Shown piece by piece: positions 11,356-24,130 of a stretch of DNA of 64,000 nucleotides. The DNA is from Eutreptiella sp. 'Long Island Sound 2002'. Taxonomy: Eukaryota > Protista > Euglenida. Each line of letters begins with the position of its first letter. Position 1 is the stretch's first letter. The stretch covers positions 16,616,001 to 16,680,000 of the forward strand of contig OZ038378.1 of the NCBI GenBank assembly GCA_964036045.1, read 5' to 3'. Below the pieces are notes generated by a model that did no database searches, had not been told where the DNA came from, and saw only the letters and a program-made list of their open reading frames with translations. Position numbers and translations under genes: made by a program.

Positions 11356-11760
11356 GTGACACCGTGGTACGCCCAGACTCACCATGAGGGGGGTGCAGAA
11401 CAACCCCCGGGGCTCTTCTGCACAGTATGCTGGCACCACCGGGGCTTGTGCCAGTTGGCATCCCAGACAGACATGATGCTGCTTGTTTTTGGAGTTGTGT
11501 TCTGTTTTTATGGCAATAGTCTCTTTCTTACAAATTGATTCACTATTGGTGTTTCAGTGATTCCAATCACTGGATTTTGGCACAAACAACACAAGAACAT
11601 GCAGAATGAGCTTTTTCGAAATGTAGAGTTTGCCACAAAAACGTTGAAGAAAGAAGCAACCAGGGGCCCCAAATCAGCCGAGCAACCAAAGCCATGCACC
11701 CGATGGATCAAAGAACAGTGTGCAATCATCCACCACCATTCACAGCTGCTGCTTTGAGCA
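11356..11760 (+). mobile_element. Possible decayed piggyBac-like transposase C-terminus (Cys-rich domain); copy at 31514-31918
   Basis: SKCRVCHK...SRATKAM...TVCNHPPPF resembles the piggyBac CxxC...RxxT...C terminal domain. Upstream GGAEQ is a weak match to GGVD. No TTAA/TIR ends found. Confidence 0.3.
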
Positions 11761-12486
11761 CACTGTCAATTTTTTTGGGAAATTCCACAAGCGTTAGCCA
11801 ATTTTGCCGGTTCTGGGGTTTATTTTGCAGGTTTTCCCTAGTTCCGGCCTCTTCTGGTCCATCTCGGTTGCCAGGGTCTTCCTCAGGCCTGTTGTGCAAA
11901 CAAGGGCCTTTGGTGATGGTATGTCAATTCTGTTGGTATCCGTGCTGCCACATCACGTCCCATACGGACAATGCGTCCCGCATTGCTTTCAGGCCACGGT
12001 GGGGCAGCAGAGCCTGGTCCTCGTATGCGCCCCCCCCCCCTGCGGGGTTTGAAAGATAGCGCTCCCGGCAGCGTGATGGGCAGGACCATAGAACATCTTA
12101 CTTGGGCCGCAAAGGGGCCCGGGAAATTTGTTTGTTCTTCAACGGTGTGGGCGTAGGACCAACAAGAATTTAAAGTTGTTCCCCCCCCGGTAGCCCCCTG
12201 ACCCCCCCCTGCCCCGGAATTTTTTACAGATCGCTGGGGGTGGTCCGCAGCGAGACCGGTTCCACCCCCCCCCCCCCCCCCGGTTCAGGCCTCCTGGCGG
12301 GCGTTCACGGACCCCCAATCCCCTTCTCCTTCTCTTGTCTCCATCCCCCCCCTGCTCTGCCCTCCCCATTCGCGGCTTCTCTTCATTGCGCTCCTCCTCC
12401 CCCTTGTACCCAATGCCGCACATGGCGGATGCAGCCGACGGTGGGGGGGATGGGGTGGGCCGTTGCACATGGCCCTTCTCCTGCAG

Positions 12487-13118
12487 GACCTCGTGCGTGC
12501 AATTCAAGAGATGGAGCAAGAGATCGCACATCTGACGAGGCCCGAGGTGCGGACCACAGCTGCTGTTGTATTATCTGATGTCTGGGCTCAGGCCAAGGCC
12601 CGGGCCCAGGCACAGACACGGGGCCAGGCACATGCACATGCACATGCATTCGCACAGGCTAGACCTGCATGGGCACGGGCAAAGGCACGGTTGTAGGCAC
12701 ACGCACATATGCATTTGGGGCGCATACACGACTCACGGTCACGATTCACGGTCACACGCGGGCACGGGCACAGGCAAGGGAATTGGTGGAAACGCATTGA
12801 CATGACGATCAAGTAGTAGCAACACGTGATGCGACGGGATACATGCATCTGCCATTGCCCATGTGCCAAATTGAAGCCCCAGTCATCTTAGGCCGACTTT
12901 TCTGCTACACTTTGTCTGCCTCGATTGTTCCAAGGCTGCAGATTTGGGCATTGCCCTGTCCAGACAAAGCACAACAGTCGCCAATTGTTTAATGTGGCCG
13001 TTGGTTTATTGCCTGGGTGGGCGGGTGCTGGCCAGGCGACGACAGTTGGGGGCTAACCGACTGCAGTCGATGTGCAATCGACGGTGGTTCCTGATTCATT
13101 AGCAGCGTTGTTGGTTGC

Positions 13119-13160
<42 letters not shown>

Positions 13161-16100
13161 CTGTGGCGTGGCAGAAGCCACATACGGGACACCCATTGTG
13201 CATTGTGTGCATGTAGGGGCTGCCCATGTTCAATGGATACACCAATCCATCCTGGCATGGCATTGACTGTTGCCGCTAGTGCGTCCACCCCCGCCGAGTG
13301 GGCTTGATACCCGTCAGTGGGTGTTCTTCTCTTACGGACCAATGAGGGTCTCTCACAAGGCTATGAGGGTCCCTCAGTTGTCGCTGAGCGTCTTTGAGGG
13401 GGTCCCTCACAGGGCGTGGAGGGTCTCTCAGGGCCAAAATCCACATACCAGGCGCGTCGCATACCCAGTACGCGTATGCCACGCGGGATCACCCATGTGC
13501 TCCATGTGACGGCATTTGTGTCCTGCAACCCCTGCCCCCACCCCCAAAGCCGCACCCTTCCCTCCTCCATGGAGCCAACAGCGTTGGTGCGGGCGTCGAT
13601 CTATGGATTGCGTCTGAGTGGCCCCCGACGTGCGTATGTGCAGGTGCATGACCCGCTGGGCTGGTGTGGGTCTGAGGTCGTGTGACCACGTGGCCAACTT
13701 GGGCTCTCTGCACCAACTGCTGCGGCACCGCTACCCTCTCGCCACATTGTGCCCCTCTTTTTACTTCTTCAGGCCGACTGTTCCTCTCTTACCGCGCTTC
13801 ATGGACGTTTGCATATGAATGCTGCGCATCCCGACACCGCTGCGGACCGCGGGCCCCTGGCAAAGTCTGGTGTGGGGCTGAGGATGCGTGCGGCGGTGGG
13901 TGGGCATACAAATCAACGGTGGTGAAGGATGACAGTGGATGCATGGGCACCCCGTAAAGTGGCATCCACTATGTAGGAGGAGGGGAGGTTCGTCGGTGGG
14001 CTGTTTCTTGGGTTTTGGTGGCTCAATTAAAGTGGCCACTTGTGATTTCCCCCACCCCTCGGTAGTGCGTGCATGTGAGCCAAAAGAAGGCCATCGCAAG
14101 AATGTTGTGGAATTCCCTCGAAAGATGTGAGAGACCGGGGCCAATCCGGCTTAAAGTTTTTATGTACATATTTGTTGCACATGGACGTGGGCCCACCGAA
14201 ACAGGCGCTGGCTTTCGCCACACACAATGTCATATCGCACAACTATCTGGGATCGGATAGGTTTCCCATTTGAGGCCTGCATGCACACATAGTAGCCCAA
14301 ATATCCTCATGCTAATTCAAGACCACGGTGTATTGGCCTATGGAGCGTCAAGCAGATATACCGCCGGCACACCCGAGGCATGATATCTGGTGTGTGGTCA
14401 CAGTACGCTGCACGTGTCGATGCTTTTCTGAATCTTTGGCGATTAACACTCAGCAGTCGTGATGAAGTGAACAGGGTGCTTCACGGCATGGCTGGGAGCT
14501 CTTGTGTGCGTGGCTGAGGTCAGGGCTGTGGTGGTAATGTGCATTTTTGGCATTTGTCTGGTGCTGGACTTGTCATCGGGAAGGGCGACGTCAACTGCAA
14601 CGTCCTGAGATACTTCTCTGCTTTCGCTTTTGGGCGGCCCAAAGCCAGTGCCGTGAGAGTCACATGCAAGTGTTCTCTGACTCATGCATTCATGCCTTTT
14701 CTGTGTGCGCGCCCAGAAGGGTCGTCGGGTTTTCAGCCGCCTGTGGCCCCGCATTGTCGAAGTACAGACCCAAAAGGGTCGTCCGGCGTGTCGCGCACCC
14801 ACGGGCATTCACGACCCACAACAGCGACAAGTGTTCAGCAATTATCAACACATATACGAATCTGCAAAACGCTGTTGCGTCAGCGATGCCACTGAGTCAT
14901 CCACGCCGCGTGTTCCGTGTCGTGTACGGAGGTGGTGGCAGTTGTAGAGCAGGGCTCTGCATTGCTCTTTCCTCACCCCCGCCGCCTCCCACTGCCCCAC
15001 CAGCACACTCCACCCTACCGCAGATCCTACGGACCAGCGCCCCAAGACACGCACCCCGTCCACGGAGCCGCAGGTCCCGGGCACACCTGCCCGTCCCACG
15101 CGGCTGACCGGCGCACTGGACCCGGAGGCCTATCCCCTGCATCCGGGGATCACCGCGTCCCCTTCGCGACCCTCCGAGAGCCCGCAGTACCCCCTGCACG
15201 CCTGCACCGACGCCCTGTCCGCCCTGGCCCTGCCCTCGCCCTGGAGCTCCGGCAGCAGCCCCCAAGTGGACCCGCGCGGGCCCGCACAGGCCCAGGCCCC
15301 ACCGCCGCCGCCCCCGACGTCTGCAGGGGCCCCTTCGGCGGTGGGGCACGCACAAGTGCTCAGGACGTACGCGCCCCGGGGAGCGGGGGAAGACCGGGTG
15401 CGTCGGCCTCTGTGCGTACGTTGCAGTGCACACCATCGCGGGGGGAGGGGGGGGCAGCACCGACCGTGCACCAACGAATGGGGGTGCCTGCAACGAGCGG
15501 AGGCCGCGGCGACGTTCTGTGTCTTTCCCCCCGGAGGAAAGTGTGTGTGGCGGGCGCGGGGACTGGGAGCACACGGGGCATGGCCCTGGACATTGGTGGT
15601 CCCAGGTACCCGCCCGCTGTTGTGGAACACCCGCTCACCCCCGGGGGCACAAAGGGCCCTTGTGCTGATTGTCGCCCGCAGGGCATTGCTTAGTGACAAA
15701 CCAAAGAAAAAAATTGGTGTCCCTAAATTCGGCCCCCAATTTCGGGCCCCTCTTATAAATCACCTCGAAGAGAGGTTGTTAGATCAAGCGCAGGCGCGGG
15801 CGTCATATACCCCCCTTTTTTGGGGTCATTCGCGTAGCATACCCCAAGGCATGATATTGGATGTCCAACCCCTTGTAAAATCATTATTTTGCCCAATAAC
15901 AGCATCCCCCAATGGATTTTTTGATTTTGAGGCCTCTACCCCCTAAAACTGGATATCACTTTTTTGAGGGGGGGGGTGGGGGGGGGGTTCAAAAGTTTTT
16001 GCTTAATAGTCTACAAGCAGTGGGGACGCAGAGTGCTCCAACACGGCCAGCGGTCCAGTGGTAACGCAGCCCACGTTAGATAACCTCCGACGTGAAGGTG

Positions 16101-19100
16101 CACGTTCGAACCCTGCCGTACCTACTTTTAGCGCGGCCGCCGGCGGCGGCGCCAAAGTGGGCAAACTGGGGTTCGAACCGACGCTCACACGGATGCCGCT
16201 CGGCCACTACGTAAGGCTTCCCTGCTGCTTGGGGATCTGCCACTGACAAAAAACCCAAACTGTGTGTATCTGTCTGACTGCCTGCTTGCTGGCTCAGGGA
16301 CTGATTGGCTGACTGTCAACCTCTCTTCGAGGTGCACTGCCGAAGGCAATAGAATTTCATTTTGTTCCTCAGGAAAGTTTTTCTGATGTGGGTCGGTCGA
16401 CTGGGGATCGGTCAGGCCCCCAAATGCCCCCCCCCCCCCCCCCCCATTCGGGTTCGTCTGCAATGGCCTCCTTGCCTCCCCCCCCCCCCTCCCCGGGAAC
16501 TGTCAGCGGAAGCTTGCCCTGCCTGGCAGTGCCCTGTCGCCTGAGAGATGGCACGTCAGCCTCAGGGGCTCCTCAGCGGAAGGGGTGTGCAAACGCAAGC
16601 ACCGCCGTGATGGCCCAAGGCGTGTCCGTGCAGCGCTCCGACGATGCCTCCGCACTTCTCACGCCAGTCGGCATTACTCCGGCGGCGAGAAGTGTCGTTG
16701 CACCGGCCACCCGGCGGTCTCTCGGCACTCCGCCAGTCTGGTTCCCCGCTCGCGGCCAGTCAGACTGCCCTGCCGGCGCCCCGTCACTCCATACGTCAGT
16801 CGACACTCCGGCGGTCAGGAGCGTTGCCCGTCGGGCCGGTATGTCAGTCGGCACTCCGGCGATACGGTCCTCCCTCACCGCCTGCCACGTGCGTCTGCAT
16901 GTGTGCACATCCCACTGACCCCTCAGGCCTCATGACCACTGGAGGAGTGGCCCACAACAGAGAGACCCGTCTGTGTCGCCTCGCCCTGTCTCAGCGCTGC
17001 TGTCGTGAGGCAGGCCGGCTGGCCCATGCATCAGCACGAACGTCCCGCGCAGGAAGGCCTGTACCCCGGGCGGAAATCCCGACGGGGCGCCGGTTGAGCC
17101 GGGTGCGCCCACCTCCCCAAGAGAGGCGAATCCGGTGGTCCATAAGACCTGATCAGGCAGGGAGGAGTGGCCCAAGGCCCAAAGCCCTCTCCCCAGGAAT
17201 GGGTCGATAAGGTAAGCCGTGGTCAAGGGTTTCCTGGGGAGGTCCCCACGACACTGTGTTGGGAACAATAAGAGGCCTGAGTCAATGTGTCGAAGGGTTT
17301 GCGATCGTTGCCGAGTCAGAGCCGAGTCCTGCAGCCCTGGCCCTCATCCCACACCGTCGCCATGTGCAGCAGAGCGACGCAAGACCCGGATAGGGGACAG
17401 CCGCCGTTCCGACTGGACACTTCCCCCTCTTCCCCCTGCAGAGCCCCAACCAACCGCCTCAGCCCCGACACCCACTGCGACCCCCTCGGCCTGCGGTTGT
17501 GCTCCGATTATGTGTTTTTGAAATGCTCAGAACGATTGGAGAATACGATTTTTTTGCCCCCTTCCCCGACCCAAACCCACAAAACCTCATCCTTGGGACG
17601 ATGGTCCGAGGCCCCGGCAGGTGCCTGCAGAGCGGAAAGTCCACACGCTCCGTTGTGGAAGACTTCCACGAGATGAATCAATCGCATCAAATCGCATGTT
17701 TGCCCGGCAATTTCCTTCTTCGCCCGTTGTGGTTCGGCCCTTGCCCCCTCCAGTACACCCTTGGAGCCGCTGTCGCCTCCCCCCAACAGTTTGCATCGGC
17801 ACCTCGATGTGGATTGGTCGAATCTGAGCCGTGGCTGGAACGCACACGAAGTCAGTCATCTGCAACCTTGAGCAGACTGCACAGCTTAGGGCGTGCCTGC
17901 CTTGCACGCGGGCAACAGGCATTGTGAAAACTCGGGCAAAGCAGAGGATTGCTGGGCCCCAAAGGGCGCATTCTTGCTTCAAATTCGCGAATCTGAGGTG
18001 CACAAATCACATCGCCAGACCGTTCCCCCACCCCTGACACTGAGGATTACACCCGCCATCGCCTGCGCACAGGGCGCGCGCAGGGCAGGCACATCGCCCA
18101 AGGCCAAGGGCGTGTTGAGGGTTCAAACCCAGTGCCCCCCTCGACCCCAGCACTGCTTTGCACGGCCAATCTTGTCGTTTCAGTCCTCGCAGCAGCAGCC
18201 CAGTGACCTCCGGTCGCACGACCCTGCGGTTAATGCGGCGGTGCAACACGGTTCCCCCAACTCCAGCATCAACAAGTCCTTCTCCTCCAGCCAACGCCCT
18301 TACGCCAGCAGCACCAGCCACTTCCCCAGCGCGGACCACAGCCCGAACCGCAGTCTTATGCCCAGCGACGTCCCAAGCCCCACCCCTTACCCCGTGCCTG
18401 ACCTCCCACATGGCTCCGGCGGCCAGCCCTCCACTGCATTCACGGACCTCTCGACGCTTGCCTTCGCCCCGTACCGTCCCTACGCCGCCTCACATCCGCC
18501 CCCGCCGCCCCCGGGGCATTCCCAGCCCCACACCCCCGGCCCCCCCTGCCACAGTGCCCCAGGTCATCCCCCCTCAAGCCCCTCGGCCCAGCACCTGGGC
18601 CCCTCCGCCACTGTCCCAACCCTCGACCGCGTGACCCTCGGCACGTGGGCCTCGCCCACGATGCGGCAGCCGTCCCCAAAGCCCCACGGCCCGGCCGCGT
18701 CGCAGCCCGCGCCTCTGCCCGCCCTCCCGGCGCAGCCCGGCCGCGCCAGTCCCCCGCGGGAGCCCCGGGCCCCGCATGACGCACTGCAGCGCGTCGCGGG
18801 GCATGGGCCACGGTCCGAGCACCTGCCCGGGCCACAGGTCAACGTGCTACCGGAGGCAGGCGTCGGTTACCCGCCCAGCGCACGGGACACAACAGGCATG
18901 TCCCTCTGCCCCAGCGCGGCGCCTACAAAGCGCATCCAGTGCCCTCCGAGGGGTTGACAGGGCCCGCCAATACGGAAGTGGGTTGGGGGTTACAAAGGCG
19001 GTTGGTGATGGCTGCAACAGCGGGCGCTGATGGCTACAAAGTGGCCCAGGGAGGTACTCATTGGATGCGTTGGATTTCAGCATTGTTTTCTCTACCCAGC

Positions 19101-20408
19101 GAAGCACGTGACGGAGACATGTGACATTGTGTTGTGGACATCCACAGAAGTGCCAATGGGCATGCATGTGATCAGCAGCCTCCTCATCAGGCCATATGAG
19201 GCCCAGCCAATCACTCTTACAATCACACGTCGCATGCTCATTCGTACCACAGTGTAGGCACCACAGCCAACGTGCCGATGGTCGTGCAGTCAGGAAATGC
19301 TTGGTCCCCTCACCACCCCTTTCTTCCGGGCCCTTTGGTATATGCGCCCGGCTGTCATATTTGCGGCAGGCTTTGATCCCATGATCCAGAGACCCACAAA
19401 AGACACACTGGCATGACGTTTGTCTCGCGCCACAGAGCAGTCGTGTGATCACTGCATGGCATGTGGGGAGAGCCCTTGCACGATGAGCAGGATTCTGCTG
19501 GCGGGGACCCATGGGAGCCGCTGTGTGAAGGTTGCGGGCAGCGGTATGCACGATGCCCAGCTTTGTGCAGTGGAAGCCTATGTCCGTTTGCCACGGTACA
19601 TCACCATCTCCCACCGCACCGCACGTGACAAGGACGGTGATGAATGTGACGCCAATAAAGACACGTTGCCAAGGAGGGGGAACACATGGTCACGAAACGG
19701 GCTAACGGGAGATTGGGATCAGAATGAAGACGTAATTGTCTCAAGTGCCCAACGACAGACTGGGCTGTCCAGGGCAGTGCACACACAGACGCAGTCGACA
19801 GACGCGATAACAAACAAGCACCGGTGAGAGCAGCCTGAGTGTTCCATTTCCTCCAAGTCACCCAAAGAGCCAGAAACCGACCGTATGGCAACGAGGCGCC
19901 TTTCTGCAAGGGGGACACGGGAATGCTGGCAGCAGCGCCAGCCCCTCAGGGCTGAGCCCTTCGCGCGCGGTCACGGAGAGGGCAATGCAGTTGGATTGAC
20001 AGTTCAGCGCATTCAGGGGGCTCTGCAAATGGAAGAAGATGTTGCATCACCTCGCAAGTGGAGGTGCATTGCAATCCTGTGCCTGAGACCTGAAAACTGT
20101 GTGTTCATTCGGTGTTGCATGCTGAGATAGGAGACCCTTTGCTTACATCATATTCTCAGCATATTTCATGTTGGCACTTCACCCGGCCGCCTTTGTAACC
20201 GCCCCCAACCGCTTTTCTAACCGATGCCAGCCGCTGCTCATTTATGACGTCCTTCTTTGTCTGTCCTCAGAGTCCCCCCTCGGCAGTCTCAGTGCACAGC
20301 AGGCGAGCCTGCAGCAGCAGCTGCAGCAAATCATGCGACAGCAGGAGCTTTTGAACCAGCGCAGCGCAGCGCTGGAGCGGCAGCAGGCGGAAAAGTTGCA
20401 GTCGAAAC
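12487..20408 (+). CDS. Partial multi-exon gene for a Pro/Ser/Gln-rich, coiled-coil-containing protein. Candidate exons 12487-12546, 15024-~15397, ~16560-16870, 18184-~18837 and 20271-20408; copy at 32644-40553
   Basis: AG/GT-bounded, GC-rich open blocks, e.g. DLVRAIQEMEQEIAHLTRPE and SLQQQLQQIMRQQELLNQRSAALERQQAEKLQ. Exon phases do not all join, so the model is incomplete. Confidence 0.45.
13121..13158. repeat. (GT)19 microsatellite; identical length at 33278-33315; imperfect GT tract at 10621-10690
   Basis: Direct reading of the sequence. Confidence 0.97.
15995..16213 (-). mobile_element. tRNA-derived SINE-like element; copy at 36140-36358
   Basis: The minus strand has Pol III A box TGGCCGAGCGG (16206-16196) and B box GGTTCGAACC (16179-16170) only 16 nt apart, and a second GGTTCGAAC near 16105. 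There is no cloverleaf. The 3' boundary is approximate. Confidence 0.6.
18950..19614 (-). mobile_element. Gag/ORF1-like retroelement remnant with CCHC zinc knuckles, located in an intron; copy at 39095-39759
   Basis: CVFCGSLDHGIKAC (19407-19366) and CLHCGTNEHATCDC (19260-19219) both fit Cx2Cx4Hx4C. A third degenerate knuckle (WHFCGCPQHNVTC) follows. Confidence 0.7.
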
Positions 20409-22228
20409 GTGAGGCTAGTGATACCCGTCATTTGAACACATGCCAATTATCATATTCCAACCCCTAGCCCTGCAGCCTGGGCCCCCAGGCCCTGTCCAGG
20501 CATAAGGCGTAGAAAGGGGTGTGACTTTGCATTGAAGGAGCGTTCGTCACCACATTTGAACAATAGACATATCTTTTTTTGTACGATTAGAGGGGCATGT
20601 CACCTTTGCCCGCTACGCGCCAAGAGAAATGAGTCATGCGGGCTGTACATTGGGAAACTGCGCACCGTGTGCACACGGTGCACGCGGTGCACGACGCGGT
20701 GCGGCATGCGGTGCATGGTGTTTGGGTTGGTTTTGCCTGTGGAGATCAACACCCAAAGATTCTTTCTTCTTTCCTCTGTTGCAGTCATCTTTGCTGCAAT
20801 ACTACGCTCAGGGTGTGGAGTTGTAAGTGAACATCCCTGTTCCTGTGTTCAATCGTCTGCACTGCAGACCTGAACTTTCTTTGATTTTGTTCTTGCAACG
20901 TCCAGTCCCAGATCCATGCCGCGCAAAAAGAACATTGGGAGCGTCCGCACGAGATTACAATTACCTTACGGCCCTTCCCTGGCAGAGGGTGTGGGCGGCA
21001 ACAACAGCCATCGGTGCGGAGGTAGATTCGAGGCCTCCGTTGTTGTATGTTGACCCCTGAGGTCACCGCGTCCCTGCCATTGTGAAAAGTTGGCAATTTC
21101 TCCAAAAACAGTGGTCAAATGCTTGCACACGTTGCGCACACGTGGTGCACACGGTGCGCATGCTTTTCTTATTGGCAGAAGGAGTATCGGGCCCTGATGC
21201 TGCCATCTACTGCGGCCTGGTGACAACCTGCTGTTTGCTGATCTCTGCCTGGTTGGTGTTACCTGCCACGTCTGCTGCCTACCGAAAGCCTGAGACGTCT
21301 CAGTGCTTACTGTTTTTATGATATGTCGTCTAAACTCGAGGTTGTCCAAAGTAGAGCAGAGAATTCTGCAGAATCAGTGAGTGCGTGTGTGTGGGCATGG
21401 GGGGCACTCTGTTAAGTAGAAGCCCTGCAGTGATAAGATAACCGCCGTTAAGAATAGACTTGGGGTCATCATTCACAAGTATTTTTTGGGATACTTCGCT
21501 GGCTGGCTTTTACGCACCAGTGGTCTCCATCGTGCTTTTGTGAAAACCCCCAAATTCTTATCAATTGCGAACACAAAATCAAACAGGTTTCCTCGAAAAT
21601 GGTTCTGTGGTGAAACCCTTACAAAAACTCAGACCTCTGTGACCTCGTCCCTTTGAATGTGCACCGTACGGCAATGTCCATTCACTGCAAAAAGCCGACA
21701 GCTTCTCGCCCACCCTTCAACTAACTTTGGTACTGCTCCTCAACAACAGTTCTGACCATCCTGCTCAACAACCGCCATCGGGTTCTAACCCTACAGCTTC
21801 TGAAACTTTGATGCAAACAAACGATTTGTTTTACGGACTGCTCAACGAATGGTCACATTCGTACACTTGACCTCCAGAGGTGTGAGTCATTGCAGTCATC
21901 AACCGTCTAAAAACGGCTGAACGCTGCCCATCTGCCCATCGTCATTCCAGTCGGGGAAGAGTGTCGAAATGCTGACAGTGGTGTTGCTAGGGGGACCCGC
22001 TTGACAGAGGCTTGGCTGCGGCCAAGGCAGCAAATTGGGGCTGCCCAACGTGCATTCAACCCCCCTGCAGTGATTTTTTTTTCTGACCACCCTCCCTGAC
22101 CAGGCGTGTCGGAGATCGTGCGACCTTTTCGGCTATGATCCGTAAAGGCCAAGCAGTCGCCAATTTGGCCTTTTGGCCACCCACGTAACCCCTGGGCTGC
22201 CCCACCTTCTTGGTACCTGACCCATGGC

Positions 22229-24130
22229 ATGGGGTCATGCATCTTCACCTGCCCCACAGTTACACATGTATACCCTCGTGTGCTCGCGATTTTTTTTTCT
22301 GAGACCTGCCGATCACCATCCCTCCGATCCTCCCTTCGGTGTATTGTCCAGGCCCTCTTCAAGTACAGCATTTCCCCCCCGCCCGGCTGCCATCCTGGTG
22401 CATACCGGCCTCCAAAAGATCTGAATGGTGCACACCAGGGGGTATTTGGATACACCCTAAAGAGGGCTTTGCAGAACAGCACTGGGAAAATTTAATTTTG
22501 ATGGCGCATGCATTGGGGCTCAATGCATTGGAGTTTTGATGCCAGGGATCAGTGGGGTCCTGGGACATGACACTGTGCACCACACCATTTTCTGTATGAA
22601 TTGTTGCAAAAGTGCATCGTCTGAGGATGTTGAACGAGCACTTGGCAGTGAGGTTCCGCATTCGATTTTGCACTGGCGTGGTACATGATGAAGGGCTGGG
22701 TGAACGCTTACAAAAGAATGTGGTGTGCCAGGGGACCCTGTTGGAAAATTGGCATTTCCTTACCATGAGCAAGCTGTGCTGTCTTTCTTCACAAGGAAAG
22801 AAGCAAGATTGTTTGCATTTGGTTGCATTTCTTCCCAGCCTTGGTGTCTCTTGCCACCGGACACCAGCCGTACTACACGGTAACCTGCCAGCCTCCATGG
22901 AAGCAGCCCCCTTGCCAAGGCCACGCCACTGGAGCATAGTGGCGGGGCCACACCTGACCTTGGAGGCCCAGGCCATGCCTCATTCCAAGCAACGCTACCT
23001 GCACTCATGGTGTGCGTTACGCGCTCTTGCTTTGTGCACGTTTGTGTGTGTGCCACGCGTCCCGATTCGCGGGGCAAGGATGACAATGGCAGTCGCCTAT
23101 TCAATCGATACTACTCAAACAAAGCAAAAGAAGTGTCTACAATTTCTGTTGCCGGGATGCCGGGCTGTGTCAATCCGTCCCGATCACGCCGGCCAATCCG
23201 GCTTTCCATTACTCACCTGTGGTACACCCTCAGCTGCCACTTACAAGCCCTTTAACTAGGCTACAGCCGTCACTTTGGCCATGTTCCTGCGGGGTTGTGG
23301 GGAAACTGTCGCTGGGAGGGAGGGTAGGTTGGTGCCATCACTTGTTGCACCACGCACCGCGGTGGTGTCGCGTGTTTTGATCAGATGGTGTTTGCCGTGC
23401 GTGATACCCTGACATTGGGATCCATATCGCCCCTTGTACACAACGCTGACCAGTCCGTCCCCTGAGGGGGCACACCTGATGCCCGGCGCATGCGGCGCCG
23501 CTATTTGGCAACGTCCATGGGAAAGATGTTGCGTTGTCGTTTGGATTTGTCCTCTCACGCCGGCACCTCTGTGGATGTACTTACGTGAGACCACAAAGGG
23601 CCACAATGGGCCAAGAGAGATTATGAAGTGGGTGCCAATTTTAATGTGCTTGTGATTGTGCAACGTTTGTGGGAACAAGGGGTAAACAATTTTTGTGGTC
23701 AAAGTGTTTGCTCTCCTGAGGGGCCCTTTTGAGATGGGGTAAAAACCAGGATTTTCTGGGTGCACTTGCCGCAAAAGTAGCACGAGGCGTGTGCGTGGCA
23801 TGCGTGCGGCACAAGTCCTTGCCCCTGGGGTGGGGTGTGGTGGGGGTGGGGGGTGACAGTCATCCAGGCATGTGCAGTCGCCTGTGTTCTGGCGGCGTGT
23901 TTGTTGTGGAACAGTGCTACCTCCAAAAGTTGATTGCATTGGGGACGCTGGTGGAGTGGTGGGGTGCCAGCAGTTTGATTGGGAGCTTTGGAGCAAGTTG
24001 GTGGTGGGTGACCGAATCCATGCGTTTGGTCGGCCACAGTGTGAAATGTGTGGAGTGCTGGACAAAAAGCCACATGTGCTGTCGGCATGCGAGTGCATTT
24101 GTTTGCGGCAGACACAGTGGTAAAGGCATT
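22229..24130 (+). mobile_element. Decayed KDZ (Kyakuja-Dileera-Zisupton)-type DDE transposase; copy at 42373-44274
   Basis: Ordered motifs across stops and frameshifts: FALAWY...MWCARGPCWKIGISL (22664-22762), GPRE/KRDY (~23610), and DRIHA-(frameshift)-GHSVKC (~24010-24050, matching DxFHxxxHxxxC), followed by SACE. Motif recall only. Confidence 0.5.

Noticed and set aside
13400-14900. Possible DIRS/tyrosine-recombinase or retro-derived coding relic
   Set aside because: The frames look like decayed coding sequence, but I could not identify any diagnostic motif.
16150-16213. tRNA gene
   Set aside because: A and B boxes are present, but there is no anticodon arm and no acceptor-stem pairing.
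14897-17270. Long overlapping minus-strand and alternative-frame ORFs (up to 258 aa)
   Set aside because: These are by-products of very high GC content and of the plus-strand exons. No domain signal.
22760-23920. SWIM finger (CCLSSQGKKQDCLHLVAF) plus Ulp1-like protease and PHD finger, i.e. a MULE reading
   Set aside because: The motifs are incomplete and overlap frames that give a more coherent ordered KDZ motif set. Kept only as an alternative.
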